Source of the DNA: Polyangiales bacterium
GTDB lineage: Bacteria; Myxococcota_A; Polyangia; Polyangiales; Ga0077539
Assembly: GCA_044229975.1 (NCBI GenBank)
Contig: JBGARZ010000001.1
Span: 800,001 to 864,000 of the forward strand
DNA length: 64,000 nt
Direction of reading: 5' to 3'
The first letter of the stretch is position 1; every line of letters begins with the position of its first letter. The position numbers and the translations under genes were made by a program. The notes below the pieces were generated by a model, which saw only the letters and a list, made by a program, of their open reading frames with translations, did no database searches and was not told the DNA's origin. Positions 8,110-20,076 of the stretch are shown here, piece after piece.

Positions 8110-11100
8110 CTACCGAGACTCGCGGCCCGTCTCGCTCCGACGACGACGGCGGCCGAGACCCACCAGACCGAGGCCCAGCAGCGCCCATCCAGACGCTCGC
8201 GGCGACGACTCGCTTCCCGCGACGACGCACCCGCAACCGGCACTCGGCCCGGGCGCCGCCACACCTCCATCGACTTCGATGTCCGCAGTCACCGCTGCAT
8301 CCGTCCCCGCTCCCACGTCGGCCGTGGCCGATACGTCCGTAGCCGCTGTCGTGTCGCTCGCTACCGCGGCGTCCACGAGCACCGCTACATCCGTCTCGAC
8401 CAGCGCGTCCGTCGACGTCTCGACGTCCGTTTCGACCGCCGCGTCACTCTCCTGCCCGACGTCCACCGCCACCATTCCGGCGTCCACTGCCACTGGCGTG
8501 TCCACCGCGGTCATCGGCACGTCCGCGACCGCCACTGGCATGTCCACCGGCACCATCGGAACATCCACCGCAACCGGCACGTCCACCGTCGGCACCCCGG
8601 CGTCCATCACCACCAGCACGTCCACCGTCGGCATCCCCGCGTCCACGACCGTCACGACGTCCGTCGCCAATGGCACGTCCACTCCTGCATCCCGCACGCC
8701 TCCCGCGTCCGTCGTCATCCCCGCGTCGGCGCAGCCACCAATCGGTGTGCTCACGCAGCCCGTCGGCTCTGCGCACCGGTCCGTCGTGCAGGCGTTGTTG
8801 TCGTTGCAGTTGAGCACCGTCCCCGCCGCACACACGCCCGCGCGGCACGTCTCCGCGCCGTTGCACGTCACGGCGTCCGCGCACGATGTCCCGTCCGCCG
8901 CGAACCCGTCTGCCGGGCACGCCGTCGCCGCCCCGTCGCAGCTCTCCGCCGCGTCGCACACCCCCGCCGACGCGCGGCACAACCGCCCAGCCGCCACCGC
9001 GCCGCACGTCCCGTTGGCCGCCGCGCCCGCCGCCACCGTGCACGCCTGACAGTCCGCCGCGCCGCCGCCGCACGCGCTGTTGCAGCACACCCCGTCGACG
9101 CAATACCCGCTCCCGCACTGGCTCGCGTCCACGCAGCCCGTCCCATTCGCGGCGCCCGTCACCACGCCCACCGGTCCGCGGTCCACGGCGTACACGAAGT
9201 TTCTCAGCGCCGCGTTGTAGGCCGCTGCGCCGCCGCCCGCGGTCGTCGTCCACGACGGGTGCGCGCTCGCCGGGCCCGCCTGTCCGCCCGACACATACGC
9301 GATGCGACCCGCACCGAGCGTCCGCAGCGTCCACTGCGCCGACGGCCCGCCCGCGCTCCCGACCACCACCGCCGTGTCAACCCCGACGCCCGTCAGCCCG
9401 TCGCGATCACCGTTGGCTCCCGTCGGAACCGCCCCCCGCACGTCCACCACGCCCGCCGTCAGCGCGTTGGTCGCCGCCGTCACCGCCGTCGGCACGCCCG
9501 GAAGATCGACGGACCCCGTCCCTCCGACGAAGCCGATGAGCGGCAGGTCGGTCGGCGACGCGATGCTGTCGTTGCCCGTCACGAACACCCCGCCGCCGCC
9601 TCGCACGAAGCTCGTGAGCCCGCCGAAGACGGCCCCGTCGTGCACGTCGCCGAAGCCCGCGCCCGTCGCGCTCCACACCACCACGTCGTAGCCCGCGAGC
9701 GAGGCCCGCAGCCGCGCGTTGCCCCCCGCGAAGTCGTCGAGCACCACCGTCACCCGGTGCCCGTCCCCGCGCAACACATCCGGGATGTTGGTGTCCGTCT
9801 GTGAGTCCGACACGAACAACACCCGCGCCCCCGACGCGTGGAACACGAAGTTTCTCAGCGCCGCGTTGTAGGCCGCCGCACCACCGCCCGTCGTCGTCGT
9901 CCACGACGGGTGCGCGCTCGCCGGCCCCGCCTGTCCGCCCGACACATACGCGATGCGACCCGCGCCGACCGTCCGCAGCGTCCACTGCGCCAGCATCGGC
10001 GAGCCGCTCGTGGTCACCACCGCGACCGTGTCCGCGCCGAGACCGATGAGCGCGTCGCGGTCGCCGTTGGCCCCCGTCGGCGACACCCCGCGCAGGTCGG
10101 CGACGCCCGTCGTGAGCTCGTTGACCGCGTCGATGACCGCGGCCGGAGCGCCCGGCAGATCGACCCCATCCGTCGCTCCAAGGAAGCCGATGAGCGGCGG
10201 ATCGCTCGGCGACACCACGCTGTCGTTGCCCGTCACGAAGACGAACCCGCCTCCCCGCACGTAGCTCGTCACGCCGGTCAGCATCGCCGCGTCGTGCACG
10301 TCGCCGAAGCCGTTGCCCGTGGCGCTCCACACCACCGCGTCGTAGCCCGCGAGGGAGCCGCGCAGCCGCGCGTTGCCGCCCGCGAAGTCGTCGAGCACCA
10401 CCGTCACCCGGTGCCCATCGCCGCGCAGCACGTCGGGGATGTTGGTGTCCGTCCGCGAGTCCGACACGAAGAGCACCCGCGCCCCCGACGCGTGGAAGGC
10501 GAAGTTGCGCAGCGCCGCGTTGTACGCACCAGCGCCGCCCGCGGAGGTGTCGCGCCACGAGGGCGCCTCGCTGGGAGAGCCGCCGTCGCCGTTGGACACA
10601 AACGCGATGCGACCCTCACCAACGGCGCGAACGGTCCACTGCGCCTGCGCGGGCACTGGTCCCGACGCGACGACGACGGTCGTGTCCGCCCCGACGCCGA
10701 GCAGCGCGTCGCGGTCGCCGCTCGCCCCCGTCGGGACAACACCGCGGAGGTCGACGACCCCGGTGGTGAGCTCGTTGGCCGCGTTGATGGCCGCTGCCGG
10801 TGCGCCTGGAAGATCGATGGCATCCGTCGCGCCGAGCAAGGAGACGAGCACCGGGTCGGGGGGAGAGACGACGACGTCCGATCCGGTGACGAAGAGGTAG
10901 CCGCCCGCCGTCACGTAGCTCGTGAGGTTGGCCGCCGTGGCCGTTGTGTGGATGTCTCCCCGGCCGCCGCCCGTCGCGCTCCAGAACACCGCGTCGTAGC
11001 CCGCGAGCGACGCTTGCAAGCGCGTGTTGTTGTTGCCCGCGCCGTAGTCGTTGAGCACCACGTCGACGAGGTGCCCGGCGGCCCGCAGCGCCGCGGGGAT

Positions 11101-11217
11101 GTTGCGGTCGGTCTCCGAGTCGGAGACGAAGAGGATCCTCCCCGCCCACGCGGGTGTCGGTAGGGTGACGGCCAGCGCGACCACGGAGAGCGCACGACGC
11201 AGGACTCGATGCAGCAT
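8110..11217 (-). CDS. MYXO-CTERM surface protein with three tandem ~218-aa GATase1/ThuA-like repeats and a disintegrin-like Cys-rich region
   Basis: Signal peptide MLHRVLRRALSVVALAVTLPTPAWA. Three repeats start R[IV]LFVSDS.TD.NIP. These are followed by CVDGVCCNSAC and LCRASAGVCDAAESCDG Cys motifs, an acidic VDA/VDV linker and a GCGC-TM-RRRRR C-terminus. Confidence 0.88.
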   Translation of the reverse strand: MLHRVLRRALSVVALAVTLPTPAWAGRILFVSDSETDRNIPAALRAAGHLVDVVLNDYGAGNNNTRLQASLAGYDAVFWSATGGGRGDIHTTATAANLTSYVTAGGYLFVTGSDVVVSPPDPVLVSLLGATDAIDLPGAPAAAINAANELTTGVVDLRGVVPTGASGDRDALLGVGADTTVVVASGPVPAQAQWTVRAVGEGRIAFVSNGDGGSPSEAPSWRDTSAGGAGAYNAALRNFAFHASGARVLFVSDSRTDTNIPDVLRGDGHRVTVVLDDFAGGNARLRGSLAGYDAVVWSATGNGFGDVHDAAMLTGVTSYVRGGGFVFVTGNDSVVSPSDPPLIGFLGATDGVDLPGAPAAVIDAVNELTTGVADLRGVSPTGANGDRDALIGLGADTVAVVTTSGSPMLAQWTLRTVGAGRIAYVSGGQAGPASAHPSWTTTTGGGAAAYNAALRNFVFHASGARVLFVSDSQTDTNIPDVLRGDGHRVTVVLDDFAGGNARLRASLAGYDVVVWSATGAGFGDVHDGAVFGGLTSFVRGGGGVFVTGNDSIASPTDLPLIGFVGGTGSVDLPGVPTAVTAATNALTAGVVDVRGAVPTGANGDRDGLTGVGVDTAVVVGSAGGPSAQWTLRTLGAGRIAYVSGGQAGPASAHPSWTTTAGGGAAAYNAALRNFVYAVDRGPVGVVTGAANGTGCVDASQCGSGYCVDGVCCNSACGGGAADCQACTVAAGAAANGTCGAVAAGRLCRASAGVCDAAESCDGAATACPADGFAADGTSCADAVTCNGAETCRAGVCAAGTVLNCNDNNACTTDRCAEPTGCVSTPIGGCADAGMTTDAGGVRDAGVDVPLATDVVTVVDAGMPTVDVLVVMDAGVPTVDVPVAVDVPMVPVDMPVAVADVPMTAVDTPVAVDAGMVAVDVGQESDAAVETDVETSTDALVETDVAVLVDAAVASDTTAATDVSATADVGAGTDAAVTADIEVDGGVAAPGPSAGCGCVVAGSESSPRASGWALLGLGLVGLGRRRRRSETGRESR
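9190..11140 (-). repeat. Intragenic tandem repeat, three units with 651-654 bp period
   Basis: ACGAAGTTTCTCAGCGCCGCGTTGTAG occurs at 9194 and 9845 (651 bp apart). GCCCCCGACGCGTGGAA occurs at 9827 and 10481 (654 bp apart). Confidence 0.9.
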
Positions 11218-11385
11218 AGAAGCCGGTGACCTCCCGCGCGCTCGGGGTGAGCGCACCGCAGGAGGGGTAGCAACGCCCCCGGCGTCGGCGATGTCCGTCG
11301 TCGGCCACGCGCTGCACGAGCGACGGCCACGGACGCGGCGCTTCGTTACCTCCGCGCGCGACCTGTGTTACCCCAACGCAACCTT

Positions 11386-14276
<2,891 letters not shown>

Positions 14277-14280
<4 letters not shown>

Positions 14281-15500
14281 GCTCCGACGCCCACACCGCC
14301 TACGGGGTCACGCGCGTCGTGTGGAGCCCCGACGATCGCTGGCTCGCGTATGTGCGCGCCTCCGACGAGCAGGTGGTGTGCGTCGAGGCCGAGTCCGGTC
14401 GCGAGCTCTTCACCTGGAACCCGCCGCGCTTCTGGGGCGGCGTGTTCATCGCGGCGCTGTCGGACGAGTCGCTGCTCGTCGTGACGCGCGGGGCGGACGA
14501 CGTGCGGGTGTTCGCGGTGGTGGTGCCCGATGGCGGCGTGCTGGCCGAGTCACGCTTCGACGCGGCGCCAGGCGACATCGTGGTGGCGGCCTCGGCCGAC
14601 GGGTCGACCGCGGCGGTGTTGTCGGGTCTCACCCACGACACGAAGGATCGCGGCCACGAGCTCACCTGGCTGGACACGCGCTCGCTGACGGTGGTGGGGC
14701 GCGAGCGGGTGACCGCGATTCGTGGCGATCGGTTGCGGCGCATGGCGTTGCACCCGGACGGGCTGTGGGCGGCGTGGGTCAACCCGCAGCAGGCGCAGCG
14801 CTACGAAGAACGCCGCGAGGTCGAGCGCGTCGACCGGGGTGGCGCATCGCGGTCGGGCCCGGTGTTTACGGGCAGCGGCGACCTCCAGGTGCTGCGCTGG
14901 GTGGACGTCGATCGGCTGCTGGTGGCGGTCGAGCCCGCGACGGTGACGGGGCCCAACGCCGGGTGGACGCGCGTGCTGCTGACCGACCCGGAGCGGTCGC
15001 GGGTGGTGTTCGACGGCGAGCGCGAGGCGGCGCGCGTGGGGACGGCGCTGGTGTTCTCCGAGGTCGACGTGCACCCCGCGGACGGGCGCCTGCTGCTCTC
15101 GTGGACCAACCGCCTGACAGACCCCGGTGAGGCATCGACGGGCACGGCGACGGTGCTGCGGCGCGACGGTGAGGTGACCGTGGGCTGGCAGACGGAGACA
15201 GCGTTTACGGGGGCGTACGGTGCCCTGTGGGCGGACGAGGGCGACGGGGTCGTGGAGCTGGTCGGGCTCACCGACGAAGAGGTGGTGCTGCAACGCCGCG
15301 ACGAGCCGGGCACAGAGGCGAAGCGTCAGCGGGTGGTGCGGTTGGAGCGGCCCGCGGGCACGGCGGGTTGGGGCGCGACGGGGCGTGTGCTGGCAGCGTC
15401 GCTCGCGACGAGCCCGCGGCGGACCTGGGCGGCGATCACGTGGGCGGTGGGGCGCTACGCGAGGGACGAGCAGCTCACGTGGGTGCCGCTGGTCGGGTGA
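14277..15500 (+). CDS. Hypothetical beta-propeller (WD40/TolB-like) protein
   Basis: GTG start overlaps the GDH stop (GTGA). Repeated blade-like motifs WSPDDRWLAY, ASADGSTAAV, LHPDGLWAAW, VHPADGRLLL. Confidence 0.65.
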
Positions 15501-15501
15501 G

Positions 15502-16548
15502 CTACCGCTCCGATGCCGTGGCGCCGATGGCGTTGCGCACGAAGAGGTCTTCCAGCGTCTCGCGCTTCGGCGTGACGGCGTGCACCTGCGCCTTGTGGGC
15601 GACGGCGAGCGCGAGCACTTCGCCGACGTGGTCTTCGCCTTCGATGCTGAGCAGCACCTTGTCGTTGAGCCTGCCCTGCACGACCCCAGTGAGGGCGCCG
15701 AGCGCCGCGGTGAGGGCGTCATCGACGCCGGTCAGCTCCACCTCCACCGAGCGGATCTCGCGGCGCAGCAGGTCGTTGAGCGCGCCGTAGGCGGTGAGCT
15801 CGCCGCGGTTCATGATGGCGACGCGGTCGCAGAGCATCTCGACGTCCGAGAGGATGTGCGATGAGAACATCACGGTGCGCCCGCGCTCGCGCTCTTGCAG
15901 GATGATGTCGCGCACCTCCTTGCGGCCGATGGGGTCGAGGCCCGACATGGGCTCGTCGAGGATGAGCAGCTCGGGGTCGCCGATGAGCGCCTGCGCAAGG
16001 CCGGCACGCTGGAGCATGCCCTTGGAGAAGCCGTGGAGCGGACGATCCATGTCCTTGCCGAGGCCCACGCGGCGGAGGATCTCCGCGGTCTGCGAGCGCC
16101 GCTGGTGCGACGTGAGGCCGATGAGGCGACCGCAGAGGTCCATGATCTCGCGCGGCGTGAGGTACTTGTAGAGGTACGGGCTCTCGGGGAGAAACCCGAG
16201 CCGCCGTCGTGCCGTGGGATCGGTCACCGGGAGCCCGAAGAGCCGCACCTCGCCCTTCGTCGGGAAGATGAGCCCGATGAGGGTCTTGATGGTGGTGGTC
16301 TTGCCCGCGCCATTGGGACCAAGAAACCCGAAGATCTCCCCCGCCTTCACCTCGAAGGAGACGCCCTTCACGGCCTCCACCATCACGTGGATCTTCTTGC
16401 GAAGCTCCTCGTTGGCGACCCGCTTCGCGAGCGTGCGCTCCAGCCAGGTATGCCGCTGACCCGGCAGCCGCGGCGCCGTGCGGATGAAGCCGGAGGAGAA
16501 GACCTTGATGAGGTTCTTGACCTCGACGACGGTGGGGGCCGTGGTCAC
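15502..16548 (-). CDS. ABC transporter ATP-binding protein (ABC-2 type, myxobacterial PilH-like)
   Basis: GFLGPNGAGKTT, LGFLPESPYLYKYLT, FSKGMLQR, ILDEPMSGLDP, FSSHIL. GTG start overlaps the upstream stop. Confidence 0.92.
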   Translation of the reverse strand: MTTAPTVVEVKNLIKVFSSGFIRTAPRLPGQRHTWLERTLAKRVANEELRKKIHVMVEAVKGVSFEVKAGEIFGFLGPNGAGKTTTIKTLIGLIFPTKGEVRLFGLPVTDPTARRRLGFLPESPYLYKYLTPREIMDLCGRLIGLTSHQRRSQTAEILRRVGLGKDMDRPLHGFSKGMLQRAGLAQALIGDPELLILDEPMSGLDPIGRKEVRDIILQERERGRTVMFSSHILSDVEMLCDRVAIMNRGELTAYGALNDLLRREIRSVEVELTGVDDALTAALGALTGVVQGRLNDKVLLSIEGEDHVGEVLALAVAHKAQVHAVTPKRETLEDLFVRNAIGATASER

Positions 16549-17708
16549 AGCCGCACCGCCCGATCGCCCAGCGCCCAACCGGCGTGTCGCTTGAGTTGTT
16601 CGATGACCACGCCTGCGTCGTCTTCCGACATCCCCGGATGCAGCGGAACCGCCACCCCTCCGTCCACCACCGCATCGGTCACCGGAAACCTCCGCACGTT
16701 GTTGACGCCCAGCGCCGCGAACTGGGGCAGGCGGTGCAGCGCGTACGAGAGAATCCCCGCCTCGACGCCGGACTCCCGCAGCCCCGCCACCAGCGCATCA
16801 CGCGCCCCGCGACGATCGCCCGCAAAGGTCCCCGAGGTGGGCGTCGGCAGCACGAAGCCCAGCGTCTGGTGGTTGACCGTCGACCCTTCGGGCGCGCCCT
16901 GCCACGCCAGCGCGAGCGACTCGCGGATGGCCGTCGCGAGCGAGCGACGGCGCGAGAGCATCTCGTCGAGCTTCGCCATCTGGAGCACGCCGAGCGCCCC
17001 GTGCAGCTCGCTCAGGCGCGCGTTGGGCCCCGGGCCGACGAAGACGCCCACCGAGCGTTGGCCGTGGTTGCGCAGCGCCGCGATGAGCTCTCCGCGCGCC
17101 TGGTCGTAGGTGAGCACCATGCCGCCCTCGGCCGTGGTCACCACCTTGCGCGGGTGAAACGAGTACGTCGCCACGTCGCCCAGCGCGCCGCACGGTTGGC
17201 CGCGCAGCGTCGACCCGATGGCGCACGCAGCGTCTTCGATGAGGTCGATGTCCGAGGCGAGCGCCCGCAGCGCCGGCACCTCCGCGGGAACCCCAAACTG
17301 GTCGACCGCGATGATGGCGCGCGTGCGCGGCGTGAGGGCGAGGGCGACTTCGGCGGGGGAGAGGTTCCAGGTGACGGGGTCGACGTCGACGAGCACCGCG
17401 TCGGCGTGGCGCAGCAGCACCGCGTTGCCGGGCGACGGCCACGTGAGCGCCGGGACGATCACCTCGTCGCCCGCGGTCACGCCGCGCGGCGTGGTGGCGA
17501 GGCAGAGCTCGAGCGCGGTGGTTCCCGTGGAGACGGCGAGCGCGTGGAGGGGCGGTGCGGAGGGCGCGCCGAGGCCGTGGAGGAAGGCGCGCACGGCCTG
17601 CTCGAAGGCGGCGACGCGGGCACCCTGGACGAGCATGCCCGAGGCGAGAACCTCGGTGAGCGCGACGCCCTCGGCGTCGGAAAAGTACGGTCTCGTCAGT
17701 CGGATCAC
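16545..17708 (-). CDS. DegT/DnrJ/EryC1/StrS family PLP-dependent sugar aminotransferase
   Basis: AVSTGTTALEL, GDEVIVPALTW, LVDVDP, IEDAACAIG, YSFHPRKVVTTAEGG (PLP lysine), VPLHPGMS. Confidence 0.93.
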   Translation of the reverse strand: MIRLTRPYFSDAEGVALTEVLASGMLVQGARVAAFEQAVRAFLHGLGAPSAPPLHALAVSTGTTALELCLATTPRGVTAGDEVIVPALTWPSPGNAVLLRHADAVLVDVDPVTWNLSPAEVALALTPRTRAIIAVDQFGVPAEVPALRALASDIDLIEDAACAIGSTLRGQPCGALGDVATYSFHPRKVVTTAEGGMVLTYDQARGELIAALRNHGQRSVGVFVGPGPNARLSELHGALGVLQMAKLDEMLSRRRSLATAIRESLALAWQGAPEGSTVNHQTLGFVLPTPTSGTFAGDRRGARDALVAGLRESGVEAGILSYALHRLPQFAALGVNNVRRFPVTDAVVDGGVAVPLHPGMSEDDAGVVIEQLKRHAGWALGDRAVRL

Positions 17709-17757
17709 GATGGGTGTCGCGAGTGTATCCGAGGCGCGGAGGTGGTGTCCCGCTCCG

Positions 17758-17766
17758 TGATAGCGT
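17758..17766 (+). promoter_or_regulatory. Extended -10-like motif TGATAGCGT, 8 nt upstream of GTG17775
   Basis: Read directly from the sequence; an identical 9-mer occurs at 18331 (+) and 25603 (-). Confidence 0.5.
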
Positions 17767-17774
17767 CCGCGGCC

Positions 17775-18314
17775 GTGCGGCGCGCATCGGTTGTCTTCGC
17801 GGGCGTGTTGCTGCTCAGCCCGGCGGCTGCGGCCTACCCCCAGTGGAGCGTCGGCCTGGGGCTCGGGGGCGGCGCGCGGCTGGCCCCCGTGGACGCCCGC
17901 GAGGTGCTCATCACCATGGCGATGCGAACGGACGCGACCTTCGGCGCGCGCTCGCCCTTCGCGTGGCGGGCGGGGTTCTTCGCGTGGGTCGGGACGACGG
18001 ACTTCGTGACCCTCGACGTGGCAGTGGGCGGCGTGCTGCACGTCCCGCTCAACGCGAGCTTTCCGTTGTTGTTGTCGGCGGGTGTGATCGCGGACGTGGT
18101 GCCGGAGCCGGGGCGCGTCGGTGTTCTCGGGCGTCTGTGGTGGGGGACGCGGAGCCTCAACTACCACTCGACCTACGGCATGGCCGCGGGGCTCTGGGTG
18201 GAGGGGCGATACCGACCGGGGGAAGGGAGCGCCGACGTGCTCGCGGGCGTCGACATCGACCTGCGGGTGATGTCGCTGCCGTTCATCGCGCTGGCGGGGT
18301 GGCTCCAGCGGTAG
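17775..18314 (+). CDS. Hypothetical exported protein, possible outer-membrane beta-barrel
   Basis: Signal peptide VRRASVVFAGVLLLSPAAAA, followed by alternating Gly/aromatic beta strands. Confidence 0.65.
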   Translation: MRRASVVFAGVLLLSPAAAAYPQWSVGLGLGGGARLAPVDAREVLITMAMRTDATFGARSPFAWRAGFFAWVGTTDFVTLDVAVGGVLHVPLNASFPLLLSAGVIADVVPEPGRVGVLGRLWWGTRSLNYHSTYGMAAGLWVEGRYRPGEGSADVLAGVDIDLRVMSLPFIALAGWLQR

Positions 18315-18330
18315 CGGGACTGGCGCGGTC

Positions 18331-18339
18331 TGATAGCGT
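18331..18339 (+). promoter_or_regulatory. Extended -10-like motif TGATAGCGT, 7 nt upstream of GTG18347
   Basis: Read directly from the sequence; no SD between the motif and the start codon. Confidence 0.55.
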
Positions 18340-18346
18340 GCGGCGC

Positions 18347-19903
18347 GTGAAGCGCACCGGGTTGGCGACGTTGATGATGCTCGCGATGAGCTGCGAGGTG
18401 CCGCGCACGGAGATCGTCGCGCGCATCGAATCCGAGGTCGCCTGGGGCAGTGGCGAAGCGCTCCAGTCGTTGGCCATCAGCGTGCGGAGGGTCGGCCCCG
18501 ATGGTCCGCTGCGCAGCGCGCGTGTCACCGCGCTCGGAACGGAGACGGGCCGCGCCCAGCTACCGTTCGCGGTGGGTTTGATCGCGGCCGACGACGAGGT
18601 CGACGACCCGGTCTGGATCGAGGTGCTCGGCTGCCCTGGCCCCAATGGCTGCGAGCCCACGACGGCGAGGGTGATGCAGCGGGCGGTGGTGCGCTTCACC
18701 CGCGGCCGCACCGAGGAGCTTCCGCTGCTGCTGGCGTCCGCGTGCCTCGACGTGCGGTGCGCGAGCAACGAGCGATGCAACGTGGACATGGGCCGCTGCG
18801 AGCTCGCCACGCGCGCCCAGGAGATGCTGCAACCGCTCGGGTCGGTGGACGCCGCCGTCGCGAGCGATCGCCCGATGGTCAACGACCGACCCGTCGCGAT
18901 GGACGTGGGACCGACCGACAGCGGGCAGACCGACGCGCCCGTCGACGTCGCTGCGATGGACCGCGTCGCAACCATCGACCGGCCTGCGGTGATGGATGTC
19001 CCCGTCGATGCGGGCGTACGAGATGTGCCTCCCGTCGACCTTGGCGTGGTCGATGTTGGAGCGCGCGACGTGCCTCCGGTCGACGTGGGTTCGCCCGACA
19101 CGGGCGGGCGCGACGTGCCGCCCGTCGACGTGGGGAGCCCAGACAGCGGGATGAGGGATGTTCCGCCGGTCGACGCGGGGACGCCGTGCGTGTCGCCGCG
19201 GGTGACGTGCGGCGGGGCGTGCGTCGACCTGATGAGCGACACGACGCACTGCGGGGCGTGCGGTGCCGGGTGCCGCGCGGGCGGGTGGTGCGCGGCGGGG
19301 CGGTGCTACGCGGGCGAGCGCTACGCGGTCACGCAACCGTCGACGGTGGCGGTTCCGTACCTCGACGTGTGCGGCGAGCCTGGCGCGGTTCGGGTGCTCA
19401 TGAGCTCGGACGACGAGTCGGTGTCGATGCCGCTGCCCTTCGCGACGCGCTGGTGGGGTGCGCCCCTCGCCTCCGGAGCGACCATGGTCGTTGCGGTCAA
19501 CGGTGCGATCAGCGTTGGCGGGACGTCGGGGCTCTTCCCGGTGTACCAGGCGATTCCGGATACGCGGGTGCCCAACGGGGTGATCGCGGTGCATTGGGCG
19601 GATCTGTTCAACACGGCGGGCGGGACCTGCGTGGCGGCGGTGGGCGCTGCGCCGACGCGCCGCTGGGTGGTGCAGTGGGTCAACACGGCCATCCGCGGCG
19701 TGACCAGCAACCTCAGCTTCGAGGTGATCGTGCACGAAGGCAGCGGGGTCATCGAGTTTGCGTACGGGTCCCTGAGCGATAGCGGCGCCGCCATCGGACT
19801 GGAGAACCCCACTGGCACCGAAGTGGCCAGCGGCTGCATCGGCACGACCATCCCGTGCGAAGTGACCAGCAACGCGCGGCTCCGCTTCACGCCAGCGGAG
19901 TGA
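18347..19903 (+). CDS. Lipoprotein with acidic PVDV linker, Cys-rich module and C-terminal beta domain
   Basis: VKRTGLATLMMLAMSC lipobox; RDVPPVD repeats; CGGACVDLMSDTTHCGACGAGC; IAVHWADL...WVVQW...FEVIVHE. Confidence 0.78.
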   Translation: MKRTGLATLMMLAMSCEVPRTEIVARIESEVAWGSGEALQSLAISVRRVGPDGPLRSARVTALGTETGRAQLPFAVGLIAADDEVDDPVWIEVLGCPGPNGCEPTTARVMQRAVVRFTRGRTEELPLLLASACLDVRCASNERCNVDMGRCELATRAQEMLQPLGSVDAAVASDRPMVNDRPVAMDVGPTDSGQTDAPVDVAAMDRVATIDRPAVMDVPVDAGVRDVPPVDLGVVDVGARDVPPVDVGSPDTGGRDVPPVDVGSPDSGMRDVPPVDAGTPCVSPRVTCGGACVDLMSDTTHCGACGAGCRAGGWCAAGRCYAGERYAVTQPSTVAVPYLDVCGEPGAVRVLMSSDDESVSMPLPFATRWWGAPLASGATMVVAVNGAISVGGTSGLFPVYQAIPDTRVPNGVIAVHWADLFNTAGGTCVAAVGAAPTRRWVVQWVNTAIRGVTSNLSFEVIVHEGSGVIEFAYGSLSDSGAAIGLENPTGTEVASGCIGTTIPCEVTSNARLRFTPAE

Positions 19904-20076
19904 GGGCGGCGGGTCAGAGATCGCGGCGGGCTTCTCGGAGCGCCCGCCCACGCCCGCAGTCGCCTGTCATCCCCACGAGCTGATCCTCCCGCCGCGGCAT
20001 CGCCCCTTCGCGCCGCGTCCCATCGCGCCCCGCCTCTCCCCATCCGTTGGCGCTCCGTGGTACCCGCTTGTCCACG

